Of a DNA stretch of 64,000 bases, positions 14,309 through 32,544 are shown piece after piece. Made by a program: the position numbers and the translations under genes. The notes beneath the pieces were generated by a model. The model saw only the letters and a list, made by a program, of their open reading frames with translations. It made no database searches and was not told the DNA's origin. Within the stretch, counting starts at the first letter, position 1, and each line of letters starts with the position of its first letter. This DNA is from the human T2T-CHM13v2.0 reference genome, Homo sapiens, in assembly GCF_009914755.1 (NCBI RefSeq), contig NC_060934.1; one strand, given 5' to 3'.

Positions 14309-14972
14309 GATGTTAATATGAGGGAAAACAAATTTAGGCAGAGACTTTGCATCCTGAGCATCGGAAACTACAGAGGGTTAACTCTCACACGGTAAATGAA
14401 TGAACCAAAGCTGTGGAGTGCAGTGGAAGAAATTATTAGTAACATATGGTACACAACTTCTACAATTTTTGAATAACAAAGAAACTAAAAGGCAACGAAC
14501 AGGCGATTACAAAAGAGACGGGTTTTATTTCTAGAATATGAGAAACGGATCCTGCTCATCTCATCTGCTGATTAACTGATGGGCTGCCAGACAGTTTCAT
14601 TTGACATCACACATTTCAGGTCACCTTAGTAAATGGATGGCTACTCCGACAGACAGTGCCTCTGGTTATAATTTTCTGAGACCAAAATATTCCCTTTCAT
14701 TATCATAAAACTTCTACTAGTGAATGTGTCTTAGCTCTTCAGAGAAGCGCACTTCCTAGTACTGGCCCATAAAAATGAGCTGCAGTAACAGGAAGCCCCT
14801 CTGCACTGGGGCTGGCTCCTCTGTCAAGCAGAGACCACCCTGGAGAACAGACGGGGGAGTTTCCTGCACACACAGTCACCCCTTCGAGGAAGAAGAGGAG
14901 CCACCTCCGGACTGTGCACACCCATTTCTTCTTCACTCTCAACAGTCGGGTCAATCCTCCACTCTCCTGGGC

Positions 14973-15595
14973 AGTGTGTGCATGAGCGTGCACCTGTGTG
15001 TGCTATGTGTGCATGCATGCATGTGCACTGTGTGTGGTGTATGTGCATGAGCATGCACTGTGTGGTGTGTGTGCGTGAGCGTGCACTGTGTGGTGTGTGT
15101 GCATGCATGAGTGTGCACCTGTGTGTGCTGTGTGTGCATGCATGTGTGTGCACTGTGTGGTGTGTGTGCATGAGCATGCACTGTGTGTGGTGTGTGTGCA
15201 TGCATGAGCGTGCAACTGTGTGTGGTGTGTGTGCATGCATGAGTGTGCACCTGTGTGTGCTGTGTGTGCATGCATGCGTGTGCACTGTGTGGTGTGTGTG
15301 CATGAGCATGCACTGTGTGTGGTGTGTGTGCATGCATGAGCGTGCAACTGTGTGGTGTGTGTGCATGCATGAGCGTGCACCTGTGTGTGGTATGTGTGCA
15401 TGCATGAGCGTGCACTGTGTGTGGTGTGTGTGCATGCATGAGTGTGCACTTGTGTGTGCTGTGTGTGCATGCCTGTGCCTGCACTGTGTGTGGGTATGTG
15501 CATGAGCATGCACTGTGTGTGGTGTGTGTGCAGGCATCGGCGTGCACCTGTGCGTGGTGTGTGTGCACGCATAAGCATGCACCTGTGTGTGTATG
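14973..15595. repeat. TG/GCAT-rich compound microsatellite array
   Basis: Interspersed (TG)n, tgcatg and gtgcac blocks with internally duplicated sub-blocks. Confidence 0.92.
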
Positions 15596-15879
15596 TAAAG
15601 AAAGGCTAGGAATGAACAGAGCTCCCTCCACACGGAAGAAAATATGACGCATGGGAAGATGTCTTCCCTGCAAAAGTAAAATAATTAAAAACTGGAATTG
15701 ACATATTAACGGATGTGATTAGCCTGGCTGAAAATTGTGTGAGAGCCTCTTTTAAGGAATGGGGAAAATTACAAATGGCTACACAGAAACTAATCTAATA
15801 GGACAAATAAGGCAATTAACTTTAGGAAAAACAAAAAGAAAGGATCCATGGTGATAGCAGATGCTAAGCTCTGGATAAC

Positions 15880-19135
<3,256 letters not shown>

Positions 19136-19479
19136 TCTTGCCTTTAAAAAAAATAAATAAAGTGGGCGAGCTCATGGTCGAGATGCCCAACCAGATGACA
19201 CTCCCAACACACACTTTTCAAAGCCTAAAATGCCTCGTCTCCTGTGCTGCCCATGCTGTAGTTGTTTCCAGTGGACAAGTCTGTGTCATGGCTGGCAGTA
19301 GAAGTCTGTGAAAAATATTTTCATGTGCATATAATGTAAACACAAGTCCAGATTGGAGGAAAAGGATAAGTATTTCTGGAGGGATGTCTCCAACAAAAAT
19401 AATGAAACTGATAGAATTGGCATATTGAGAGGAGATGGAGGTTGAATTATTTTGGGGATAAATGATATTTACATAGTCA

Positions 19480-19818
<339 letters not shown>

Positions 19819-19842
19819 TTACTATTTAGAAATACGAAGTGA

Positions 19843-20227
<385 letters not shown>

Positions 20228-20369
20228 TCAGTCTGGAAATTGCTTCATTGGAAGTCTAATTATGCAGGTACACAATTTTTATGGGGAAAAATAACATATG
20301 CAGAGATGTGCATAAATACTTTGATATTTAACAAATAAGTAGAAATCCAACTAATTCTCAACCAGGTTC

Positions 20370-21630
20370 TAAAATTGATTTTCATTTCTTTTGCAAAATA
20401 TATAGAAATGTGAATAAATGTTACAGGTAGCACTTAAATGATTGAAAATCCAACTAACCATGAGCCAAGTCAAGACATTGAACATGATTGTCATCCTAAA
20501 AGTCCTTCATGCATCACTTCCTGACTGCAATTCCCTCATTCCTACCAAGACAGACCATTCTCCTGACTTGCACAGTGATACTTTTCTTTACCACCATTGC
20601 ATGCATCCCTGTAAAATATGGTTTAATTTTGCTTACTTTTGAACTTTGTATAATGTTGATATATTTTTTTCCACTCTCCTTTAGGTTGGTAGATTCATCC
20701 ATGCTGTTTCACGTAGCCTACCTTTTTTTCCTCTAACTAAATATTTTTTGAATGAATATATTAGAGTGTATTGATTCATTCTATCATTCTACTGTTGATG
20801 GACATTTGGGCTGTTTCCAGATTTGGCTATTATAGGACAAATATACTATAATTTCATAAGTAGTATAATATACGTGGTTACATACTATCATATATATGAT
20901 ACGCTGGTGAACATAAATGCACTTTTCCCCCAGAACTCTGAATTGCTTTCTATGCCAGAAGTTGCCAAGCATTTATGAGCTCTCTATTCTGTTCCACGTA
21001 TCTATCTTTTCATTCCTGAACCAATACTACATGGTATTAATGCAGCCAATAACATCCACAAAACTGACAGCAGAAGATCTCTTGTGCCTTCCTTCCCCAC
21101 CTCCCTTCTTCTCCTTCTCCAATGCCTTGGCTCTTCCTGTGCCTGGAATTTTTGCATATTTTGAATTACCTTGTCATGTGTACCTCCCTCACCCCAAATA
21201 CCTCCTGGGATCTGAGTGGGATTGAACTGAATCTAGAAATCAACTGAAAGATTAACCACCTCTCTGCATTTTGATTCTCCACAACACGGCACATCTCTGC
21301 ATTTGTTTAGGTTTTCAGCAATGTCTTTCAGTCTTTCAGTAAAGTTTTATAATTTTTCTCATAAAAGTTTTTCACACTATTCTTTTTTATCTATTATAAT
21401 TGCTATTGGTGACGCTATTGGTGATTTTTAAATGGTATATTTTTAAATGACATTTTCTATTTGTTGCTTTTATATAGAATACAATTGAATTTTTATACTG
21501 ATATTGTTTTTGGTAACCCCCCATAAACGTTCTTACTAATTCCAATAGTTTATCTGTAAAATATTTTTTAATGTACTACAGATAAAATTGTTTTATCTAC
21601 AAAAAATGGTGGCTTAGTTTTTTCCTTTCC
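20370..21630 (-). mobile_element. Old L1M (L1ME-like) fragments
   Basis: L1 3'-region phrases such as cattctactgttgatggacatttgggctgtttccag; diverged. Confidence 0.6.
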
Positions 21631-21631
21631 T

Positions 21632-23078
21632 CAGCATTGCCCAGGTGAGGCCTCTCTGCAGCGGTTCACCCCTGAATTTCTGCTTGCCATTGCCCCAGTA
21701 CAGGCTCTCTGCAGTGGCTCTGCTCCTGTGACAAGTCCCTGCCTGGGGCCGCAGGCTGTCCATGACATCTCTCGAAATCTAGGTGGAGGCTGCCCCACAG
21801 CTCTAGCATTCTTCTTGCCTAAAAATTGGCACCACATGGATGCCACCAAGGTTTATAGCTTGTACTTTCCAGAGCCATGGCTGCAGCCACAGCTGCAGTG
21901 ACTGAGCACTGCACTGGTTGTGGGTTCCCTGGAGCTCCCGGTCAGTGATGGGGGCAGCCTTGAAGATCTCGGAGGTGCCTTCAGGGTCATTCTCCCTGTC
22001 CTGATGATTCCTTCTCTCCCCAGTCATCTCCTCAGTGAACAGTCACTTGGCCACACCCTTGGTTTGCTCTCCCATACTCACCTTTTTATTCTTTACATGG
22101 TCAGGCTGAAAAACTTCAAAATCCTTCCATTTTGCTTCTCTTTTAATTATGAATTCCATCTTTAAGTCATTTCTCTCATATCTGACTGTATGTGATTTAA
22201 AGTAGCCACACAAATTCTTCATTATTTTGCATAGACATTTCTTCTGCCAAATATCCTAGTTCACTGCTCTTATAGTCCACCTCCCATAAAGCCTGAGGCA
22301 TGGATATAATTCAGATAAGTTCTTTGAATCTTTATAACAAGGATGGCCTTTCCTCTAGTTTCCAAACCTTGTTCCTCATTTCTGCCTGACACCTTATCAG
22401 AATGTCCTGTCCATATCTCCACCAACATTCTAGTCACAACCACTTAAGGAATCTCTGGGAAGGTTCAGGCTTTCCCCACTCCTTTTCTTCTGAGCCCTCA
22501 CCAGAATTGCCCTTCACACCCCATTCATAGCAATCCAGGCTTTTTCTAACACATACCTCCAAATCCTTCCAGCCTCTACCCATTTCCCAGTCCAAAGCCA
22601 CTTCCACATTTTCAGGTATTTGTTATAGCAACGATCTGATTTCTCACTACTAGTTTTCTGTCTTAGTCTGCTAGAATAGAATTCAACTCTGTGAGTTGAA
22701 TGCACACATCACAAAGAAGTTTCTCAGAATCCTTCTGTGTAGTTTTTATGTGAAGATATTTCCTTTTCCATGTTAGAATAGAATACCATAGACTGGATCA
22801 TTTATAATGAACAGAAATTTATTTGGCTCACAGTTCTGGAGGCTGGGAATTCCTACATCAAGGTGCTGGTGTCTGGTGAGGGCCTTTGTACTGTGTCATC
22901 TCAGGGCAGAGAATGCAAGAGAGCAAGAGAAGGGTTATAACTAACCCACTCCTGCAATAATGGCATTTATCCATTCATGAGGGCAGAGCCCTCGTAACCC
23001 CATCACCTCCCCATACTGTTGCATGGGGGGTTAAGTTTCTAACACATGAACCTTGGGGGACACACTCAAACCACAGCA
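21632..23078 (-). mobile_element. MST/MLT1A-type MaLR: internal sequence (~21632-22658) plus LTR (22659-23078)
   Basis: MaLR internal text (aagccacttccacattttcaggtatttgttatagcaac) joins an LTR running tgtcttagtc...ggctcacagttctggaggctggg...ggggacacactcaaaccacagca. Confidence 0.8.
22682..22770. repeat. Alpha-satellite (ALR/Alpha) monomer fragment, 89 bp
   Basis: ttcaactctgtgagttgaatgcacacatcacaaagaagtttctcagaatccttctgtgtagtttttatgtgaagatatttccttttcca closely matches the alphoid monomer consensus as I recall it. Confidence 0.9.
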
Positions 23079-23449
23079 CTTGTCAAAGATATCTTGAGAG
23101 GTGATGAAGTAAAGGATAGGTCTCTGCATCCCAATATTCTCCCAACGTAAAAGCCACAGTCAGGCTGATAAATGAACTCCAAATAATCAGATTTCTGAAA
23201 TCTATGCCAGGGTCTTTGAAAGCCAAGTCAGCCGCAAGAACAAGAATTTTCCCCACTGATACTTAAGCCAAAAATTGACCAAAAAATTAGAAAGGAATGA
23301 AGAGAGAAAAAGAAAAGAAAAGAAGGAAAAATCCACATATATAAAACAACAACAGGAACCGGGGCATAGTTGGAATTCTGCAGCTCTCACTCTAAAACTG
23401 CAATGAGTGAGCTGTGCCAGTTTGACTTGACTATTCATGAACTTCAGAA

Positions 23450-25200
23450 TAATGGGGCATGTATTTTATTCAATTGATTTTTATTTTGATTTCATGATAT
23501 TATTCTGGGGCTTACTATATTACTATATTTAAAAGTTTTTACATTCATGTTCATAAGTGAAATTGGCCTGAAATATTCCTTATTTATTTGTCCTTGGTAT
23601 CAAGCTTTGTTATATCTTAAAATAAGTTCCAAAATGTTCCTTCTTTGTCTGTTGTCTGGAAGAGTTTGTGTAAGAATGGAGTTGTTTTTTCCTTGAGTGT
23701 TTGGAATAACTACCTTGTGAGGCAGCAGGGCCTGGAGTTTTAAGGAAAGAAATGTACTACTGATGTAAGGATTTGAAGGTTTTTCGTCTATTGTAGTCTT
23801 CCATTTCCTCTTTTTTTTTTTGAATTATTATTATACTTTAAGTTTTGGGGTACATGTGCACAACGTGCAGGTTTGTTACATATGTATACATGTGCCATGT
23901 TGGTGTGCTGCACCCATTAACTCGTCATTTAGCGATGAGTTCATGTCCTTTGTAGGGACATGGATGAAGCTGGAAACTATCATTCTCAGCAAACTATCAC
24001 AAGGAAAAAAAACCATTTCCTCTTAAGTCAGTCTTGGTATACTTCCCTAAACATTTCCCCATTTCATCTATTTTTTTCCAATTCATTGGCCTAAAGTTGT
24101 TAGTAATGCCTTATTTCTATGACGTTTGTGTGTGGCACCTATAGTGATAGTCCCTGTTTTATTCCAGTATTGGTATTTGTACCTTCTCTTTATTTTGGTA
24201 AATATCACAAGGTTTTGTCCATTTTATTCGTGTTATTGAAGAATAAACTTTTATATATCTCAATCCTTCCTATTGTATATTCGTTTTTGTTTCCTTTGAT
24301 TACTGATCCTATCTTTATTATTAATTTTTTTCCTTTTTTGGATAATTTTGCATTTGCTTTTTTAAACTTCTTTGATGGATATTAAACTTCTTTTCAGCAT
24401 TTCTTCTTTTCTAATATATGAATATGAAGCTTTTTCTTCTAGTTTAAGCTTTGGCTTCAGTCACAGTTTTAATATGTAGCATTTTCATTATTCAATTCAA
24501 AATTCAGTTTTCATTATAATTAATTATATAGCATGATTTATTTATTATAGTGTTTCTAATTTCCAAAGATATCTTTCCATTTGTGTTTTTGTTATTGAGT
24601 TCTCCCTTGATTACATTATGATCAGAGAATATTTGGATATTATGTAAATCATTTGAAATGTTTTAAATCTTGCCTTATAGTCATGTCTGCAAATGCTCTG
24701 TGTATACTAGAAAATATGTGTTTTCTGCAATTGGTTATGGTGTCCAATAGATGCTATCAAATCTAGTTTGTTACTTATATTATTCATCCTTTTGTGTCTT
24801 ATCTGGTAACTTCTATCAATCACTGAGAGGAGTGTACCACAATTTACCTCTGTAATTGTGAATTTGTCTATTTCTCCTCATAGGGCTATCAAGTTTTTGC
24901 ATTATATATTTTGGCGTTATTTTTATGAGGTACATCCACATTTAGATAACTGTGTCTTCCTAATTGAAATCTTCATTATCGTGAAGCATCCTTATCCCAC
25001 CCAACGCTTTCTGCCTTGCAGTCTATTTTGCATGACATTAATCTGTTTACCCCGAAATATCTTTTGCAAGAACAAAAGTTGTGCATAATTGCCAATTATT
25101 TCTACATGATCTATTTTCATCAGCTGATCTTAAGACTTTTTTTCTTGTCTTATAGTGTATCCACTGAGCTTTAAATTTTGGTTATTATATTTATTTTTAG
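23450..25200 (-). mobile_element. Old L1M ORF2-region fragment (host of the inverted L1PA)
   Basis: T-rich diverged L1 text (tctggaagagtttgtgtaagaatgg; tgtgaatttgtctatttctcct). Confidence 0.6.
23811..24015 (-). mobile_element. Short 5'-inverted L1PA (PA3/PA4-like) insertion
   Basis: Poly(T) and reverse L1 3' end (to ~23933), then a forward-oriented ORF2-end segment; TSD ccatttcctctt at 23801-23812 and 24013-24024. Confidence 0.87.
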
Positions 25201-25213
25201 AAGTTCTGTTGTC

Positions 25214-25488
25214 TCTTTGCTACTGCTCAGCCTAAAGCGCAGTGGTGCAATCATGGCTCCCTGTAGCTTCGACCTCCTGGGCTCAAGCAATCCTCCAGCT
25301 TCAGCCTTCTGAGTACCTGGGACCACAGGCGTGTGTCACCATACCTGGCTAAGTTTTAAATTTTTTTTTGTAGAGATAGGGTCTCACTCTATTGCCTAGG
25401 CTGCTCTTGACCTCCTGGCCTCAAGCGATCCTCCTACCTGAGCCTCCCAAAATGCTGAGATTACAGGTGTGAGCAACCACACCCAGCC
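25214..25488 (-). mobile_element. AluJ-type
   Basis: Reverse Alu with J-type text (ctcctgggctcaagcaatcctcc); TSD tagaagttctgtt. Confidence 0.85.
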
Positions 25489-26422
25489 TAGAAGTTCTGT
25501 TCTTAAGTGGACCATATTATTTTTTATAGTTTCAAATTTCTCTGCATATATTTCAAATTTTTATTTCATTTCTTTAAATATGCTATGTTTAGTTGTTTCA
25601 AAATGCATATCTGATCATTTCACTCTTTAAAAGCTGTCCAGTTCTGCTTCCGTTATTTTTGTTTCTCCTGATTCTCATTCATGTTGTCTCCCCACCACCG
25701 CATCGCCATTACTTTGGGTATCTTGTAATCCCTACTAGAAAATATGTGTCTTCTGCAATTGGTTATAGTGTCCAATAGATGTTATTAAATGGCTACCTGC
25801 TGGCCACTGATCTTGGAATTTACTGCTGTTGGTGACCCGAGGTCCCGAATGTATACACCCTCCTTTACAAGCTTTCCTGTTTCCTTCTAGGAATGTTAGG
25901 GGCACTTACAGCCTCAACCATCTCAAGTCAACTCCACGGCTTGATTTTCCTTGGCCTCCCAGTCATAGATCACACATACCCAGTACAAGTCTACGCAGGA
26001 GCTGGTCTGTGGTCCCAGAGAAATTCTCTGGAAATTTTTTCCCCGATTTCTTTCCTGTCGATTCATTTCCAAAGCAGCTTTCTTGAAAATCCCCTGTGGG
26101 TGCGTGGAGTGTAGGTTTAGATACGGCTCACCTCTGCTGTGTGTGTGATTCCCTTTGGGTTCCCAGCCTCGCACCAGGAGGCTCTTCTTTATGACTCTGG
26201 GTACTGGAGCTGATTTCTCCTCCTCTTGTCCCGAGTGGCCGAGGAACCAAGATCTAGTGTGGGCCCAGCAGGGCATAAGCCTGGTTTGATGGTCACAGAC
26301 CCTTTCATACATTTAATATACACACACGCTTGAAAATTCTCTACAGACTTTTCTACTGTAATTTGGGTTCCTACTGTCTTTTCATATTTTTGACATTTTT
26401 AAAGTTCTTTGAAAAAAATATA

Positions 26423-27228
26423 GGCCAGGCACAGTGGTTCACACCTGTAACCTAGCACTTGGGGAGGTTGAGGCAGGAGGATCACCTGAGCCCAGGAGTT
26501 TGAGACCAGCTTGGGCAACATAGTGAGACCCCATCTCTACAAAAAAAATATAAAAATTAGCTGGGTGTGTGATATGGTTTTGCTGTGTCCCCACCCAAAT
26601 CTCATCTTAAATTGCAGCTCCCATAATCCCTACGGGAGGGACCCGGTGGGAGGTAATTGAATCATGGGGTGGGTTTTTCCCGTGTTGTTCTCATGAAAGT
26701 GAAAAAGTCTCATGAGATCTGTTGGATTTATAAAGGGCAGTTCCCCTGCATAGGCTTCACTGCCTGCCACCATGTAAGACCTGCCTTTGCTCCTCCTTCA
26801 CCTTCCACCATGATTGTGAGGCCTCCCCAACCATGTGGAACTGTGAATCCATTAAACTTATTTTTCTTTATAAATTACCCAGGCTTGGGTATGTATTTCT
26901 TTATTAGCAGTGTGAGAACAGACTAGTATAGTGTGGTAGTGTGCACTTGTAGTCCCAACTACTCAGGAGGCTGAGGTGGGAGGATCAATAGCACCCAGGA
27001 GGTGGGGGTTGCAGGAGGCTGAGGTGGGAGGACCAATTGCACCCAGGAGGCAGAGGTTGCAGGAGGTTGAGGTGGGAGGATCAATAGCACCTGGAAGGCG
27101 GGGGCTGCAGGAGGCTGACGTGGAAGGATTGCTTGTACCTGGAAGGCAGAGGTTACAGTGAGTTGTGATTGCACCACTGCATTCCACTCTCTCTGGGTGA
27201 CACAGTGAGACTCTGTCTCAAAACAAAA
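26423..27228 (+). mobile_element. AluJ interrupted by a THE1 LTR and carrying an internal 4 x 48-bp tandem expansion
   Basis: Left arm 26423-26569; right arm resumes at 26931; A-rich tail at ~27220. Confidence 0.87.
26570..26930 (+). mobile_element. THE1 (THE1C-like) MaLR solo LTR, 361 bp
   Basis: tgatatggttttgctgtgtccccacccaaatctcatc...gtgagaacagactagtata; 5-bp TSD gtgtg (26565-26569, 26931-26935). Confidence 0.92.
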
Positions 27229-28189
27229 GGTCAAAGTTCTGAGTCACTACTTCAGTTTTCTCTGGATTATGGACCAGAGGAGTTAACGCAGGTTCTAAAA
27301 ACGCCTAACATTACCAGGAGATTAGGCTGGGCTCTGCAAGAATCCAGTTCAATAGCTATTAAAATATATTCTTCTCCTTGAATAAGTGTTCTTAGAAAAT
27401 TGAATAGTATTGTTTTATAGGCCTCCAGGTCCTAGTTGGTTTTTATTGCTCTGTTTTTAAATAGTTCACGGAATCAAGATAATAGAAGTTCAGACAGTAC
27501 AGTCCCTGCATTGCTTACTACTAAATCTCCTAAGCTACTGCATAGCACTCTTCCCAGGAAATGTGGAAAAGTGAGCACGGTTACGCAATCAGAGACTCAT
27601 ATGCTGGAAGGACCCTTAAAGATTTTCTGAAGCAACCAATCAATTGATTTTTTAAAAGAAACAGAAGAATTCTCAAGGTTAAGTGACTTGCCTCACATTA
27701 AATCTGCAGTGTTAAATTGCAGAGCTTCAACTAGGATGTGTCCTCTCCATTCCAGGCCATTGTCTAAGTAACAGCTTCTCCTAACAGAAAACTCAACAAC
27801 ATCAAAGAACACCATTTCTCTGACCCAACAGGAAGCCCTGAGGTAGGGGCACGCAGCCACAGGGTATCTCAGCCCTGCCATTGGGAACCAGACCCTCCCC
27901 TCTTCCCACTGCACCATCCTTGTGGCTGCAGAAAGAGGAGAAGTGTAAAGGGGAAAAGAAACATCTTCCTTTGAAGCTTGGACTTGTTCTTGCAAAGAAG
28001 TGCCTGAGCCAGGGACATCCACCCCTACCTGGATGGTTGAGGCAGTGTCTGATGGTCAGCTTTAGCTTTCCAGGCTCCAAGGAAGAGAAGAGCCAGAAAG
28101 AGGAGTTTGCAGATGTGTTCCTCGTGCCGTCCCTTTAAAATACATGCTTCACGGGTTTGCTTTTGTTGATTTTAAGACTACAACATAGT

Positions 28190-29520
<1,331 letters not shown>

Positions 29521-30136
29521 TTTCTACTTCTGGTCTTAGTTCTGGACTAAGACTCTACCAGGTGACCCCCTCCCCCACTGCAGAAAATAATAACACCTGC
29601 ACCTACCACAGAAGGTGAGCATCCTCCACCCGAAGCAAATGTGGCACAATCAAGCAGACAGGATCCTGGTCAGGCCACCCTCTGGAGGAGCTGCATAGGA
29701 GCTACGCAAGTGAGTTCCCATGTCCGGGCTTTTAGTTTAGACCAAGCACAGTCCACACAGTGAGCACAGGGACAGGCAGGTAGAGAACCCATGGGGAAGA
29801 GCCTGCAGCCTTTGTTGGGAAGGGAAATGACGGGAAAGGCTGGGAACAGGATTTGAATGCCAAGGCAGGGAAATCCCGTAAGTGAAAAAGCCAGAGAAGC
29901 GGTCCTCAGACTCCACCTTTCCTCATAACCCATTGATCCTGAACCACACATACAACAGACGCAGTCACCCTGCTGAGGACAGAGGAGATGAATGGACTGA
30001 AATTGCCACTCAAGAAACAAGTTTTAAGTTCATGCCCAGCCAAAGAAACTACCTACCAAGCAAAGGAAGCAATAATCACGGAGGAAAATAACCGATTCCG
30101 AACTCCCCAGCTCAGTTTTTATGACCAGAATGCAAT

Positions 30137-30190
30137 GAAAAATTACCCAGCACATGAGGAGCCAAAATTACCCAGCACATGAGGAGCCAA
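30137..30190. repeat. 25-bp perfect tandem duplication
   Basis: aaaattacccagcacatgaggagcc occurs twice in tandem. Confidence 0.85.
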
Positions 30191-30321
30191 GAGAGCAGAC
30201 CATGTTCCCAAGAGAAGGGAAGTCAGCTGTGTGCGGCTCTGAGTGTGGTTCTGGATGCTGGATTCGACATGTCAGTGTTCACTCCGTTTATTCATTCTTG
30301 TTTATATAGTTAAAAGAGTTC

Positions 30322-32320
<1,999 letters not shown>

Positions 32321-32544
32321 ACGAAATCACAGTCTGCCATGCAGAACAAATCCCGGCCGGGAGGCTCTTTTCCTTCTCCTTCAGTCGGTTCGGTGTTGGG
32401 CATCTCTCTCGGGAGTTCCCAGGGCCGGGCAAGGGACGGGCACCATGTTGATGTGGATGAGTCTTCCCCTGATTTCCCACCCTGAGCAGGTCCCACCTCA
32501 CCGTCCCCGCCCCAGGCCTCTCCACCCTGAGAGCCAAGGGTGTG

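Noticed and set aside
14824-15673. His/Thr- and Cys/Val-rich ORFs (also 55546-56270 and 43007-44109)
   Set aside because: Microsatellite and minisatellite translations.
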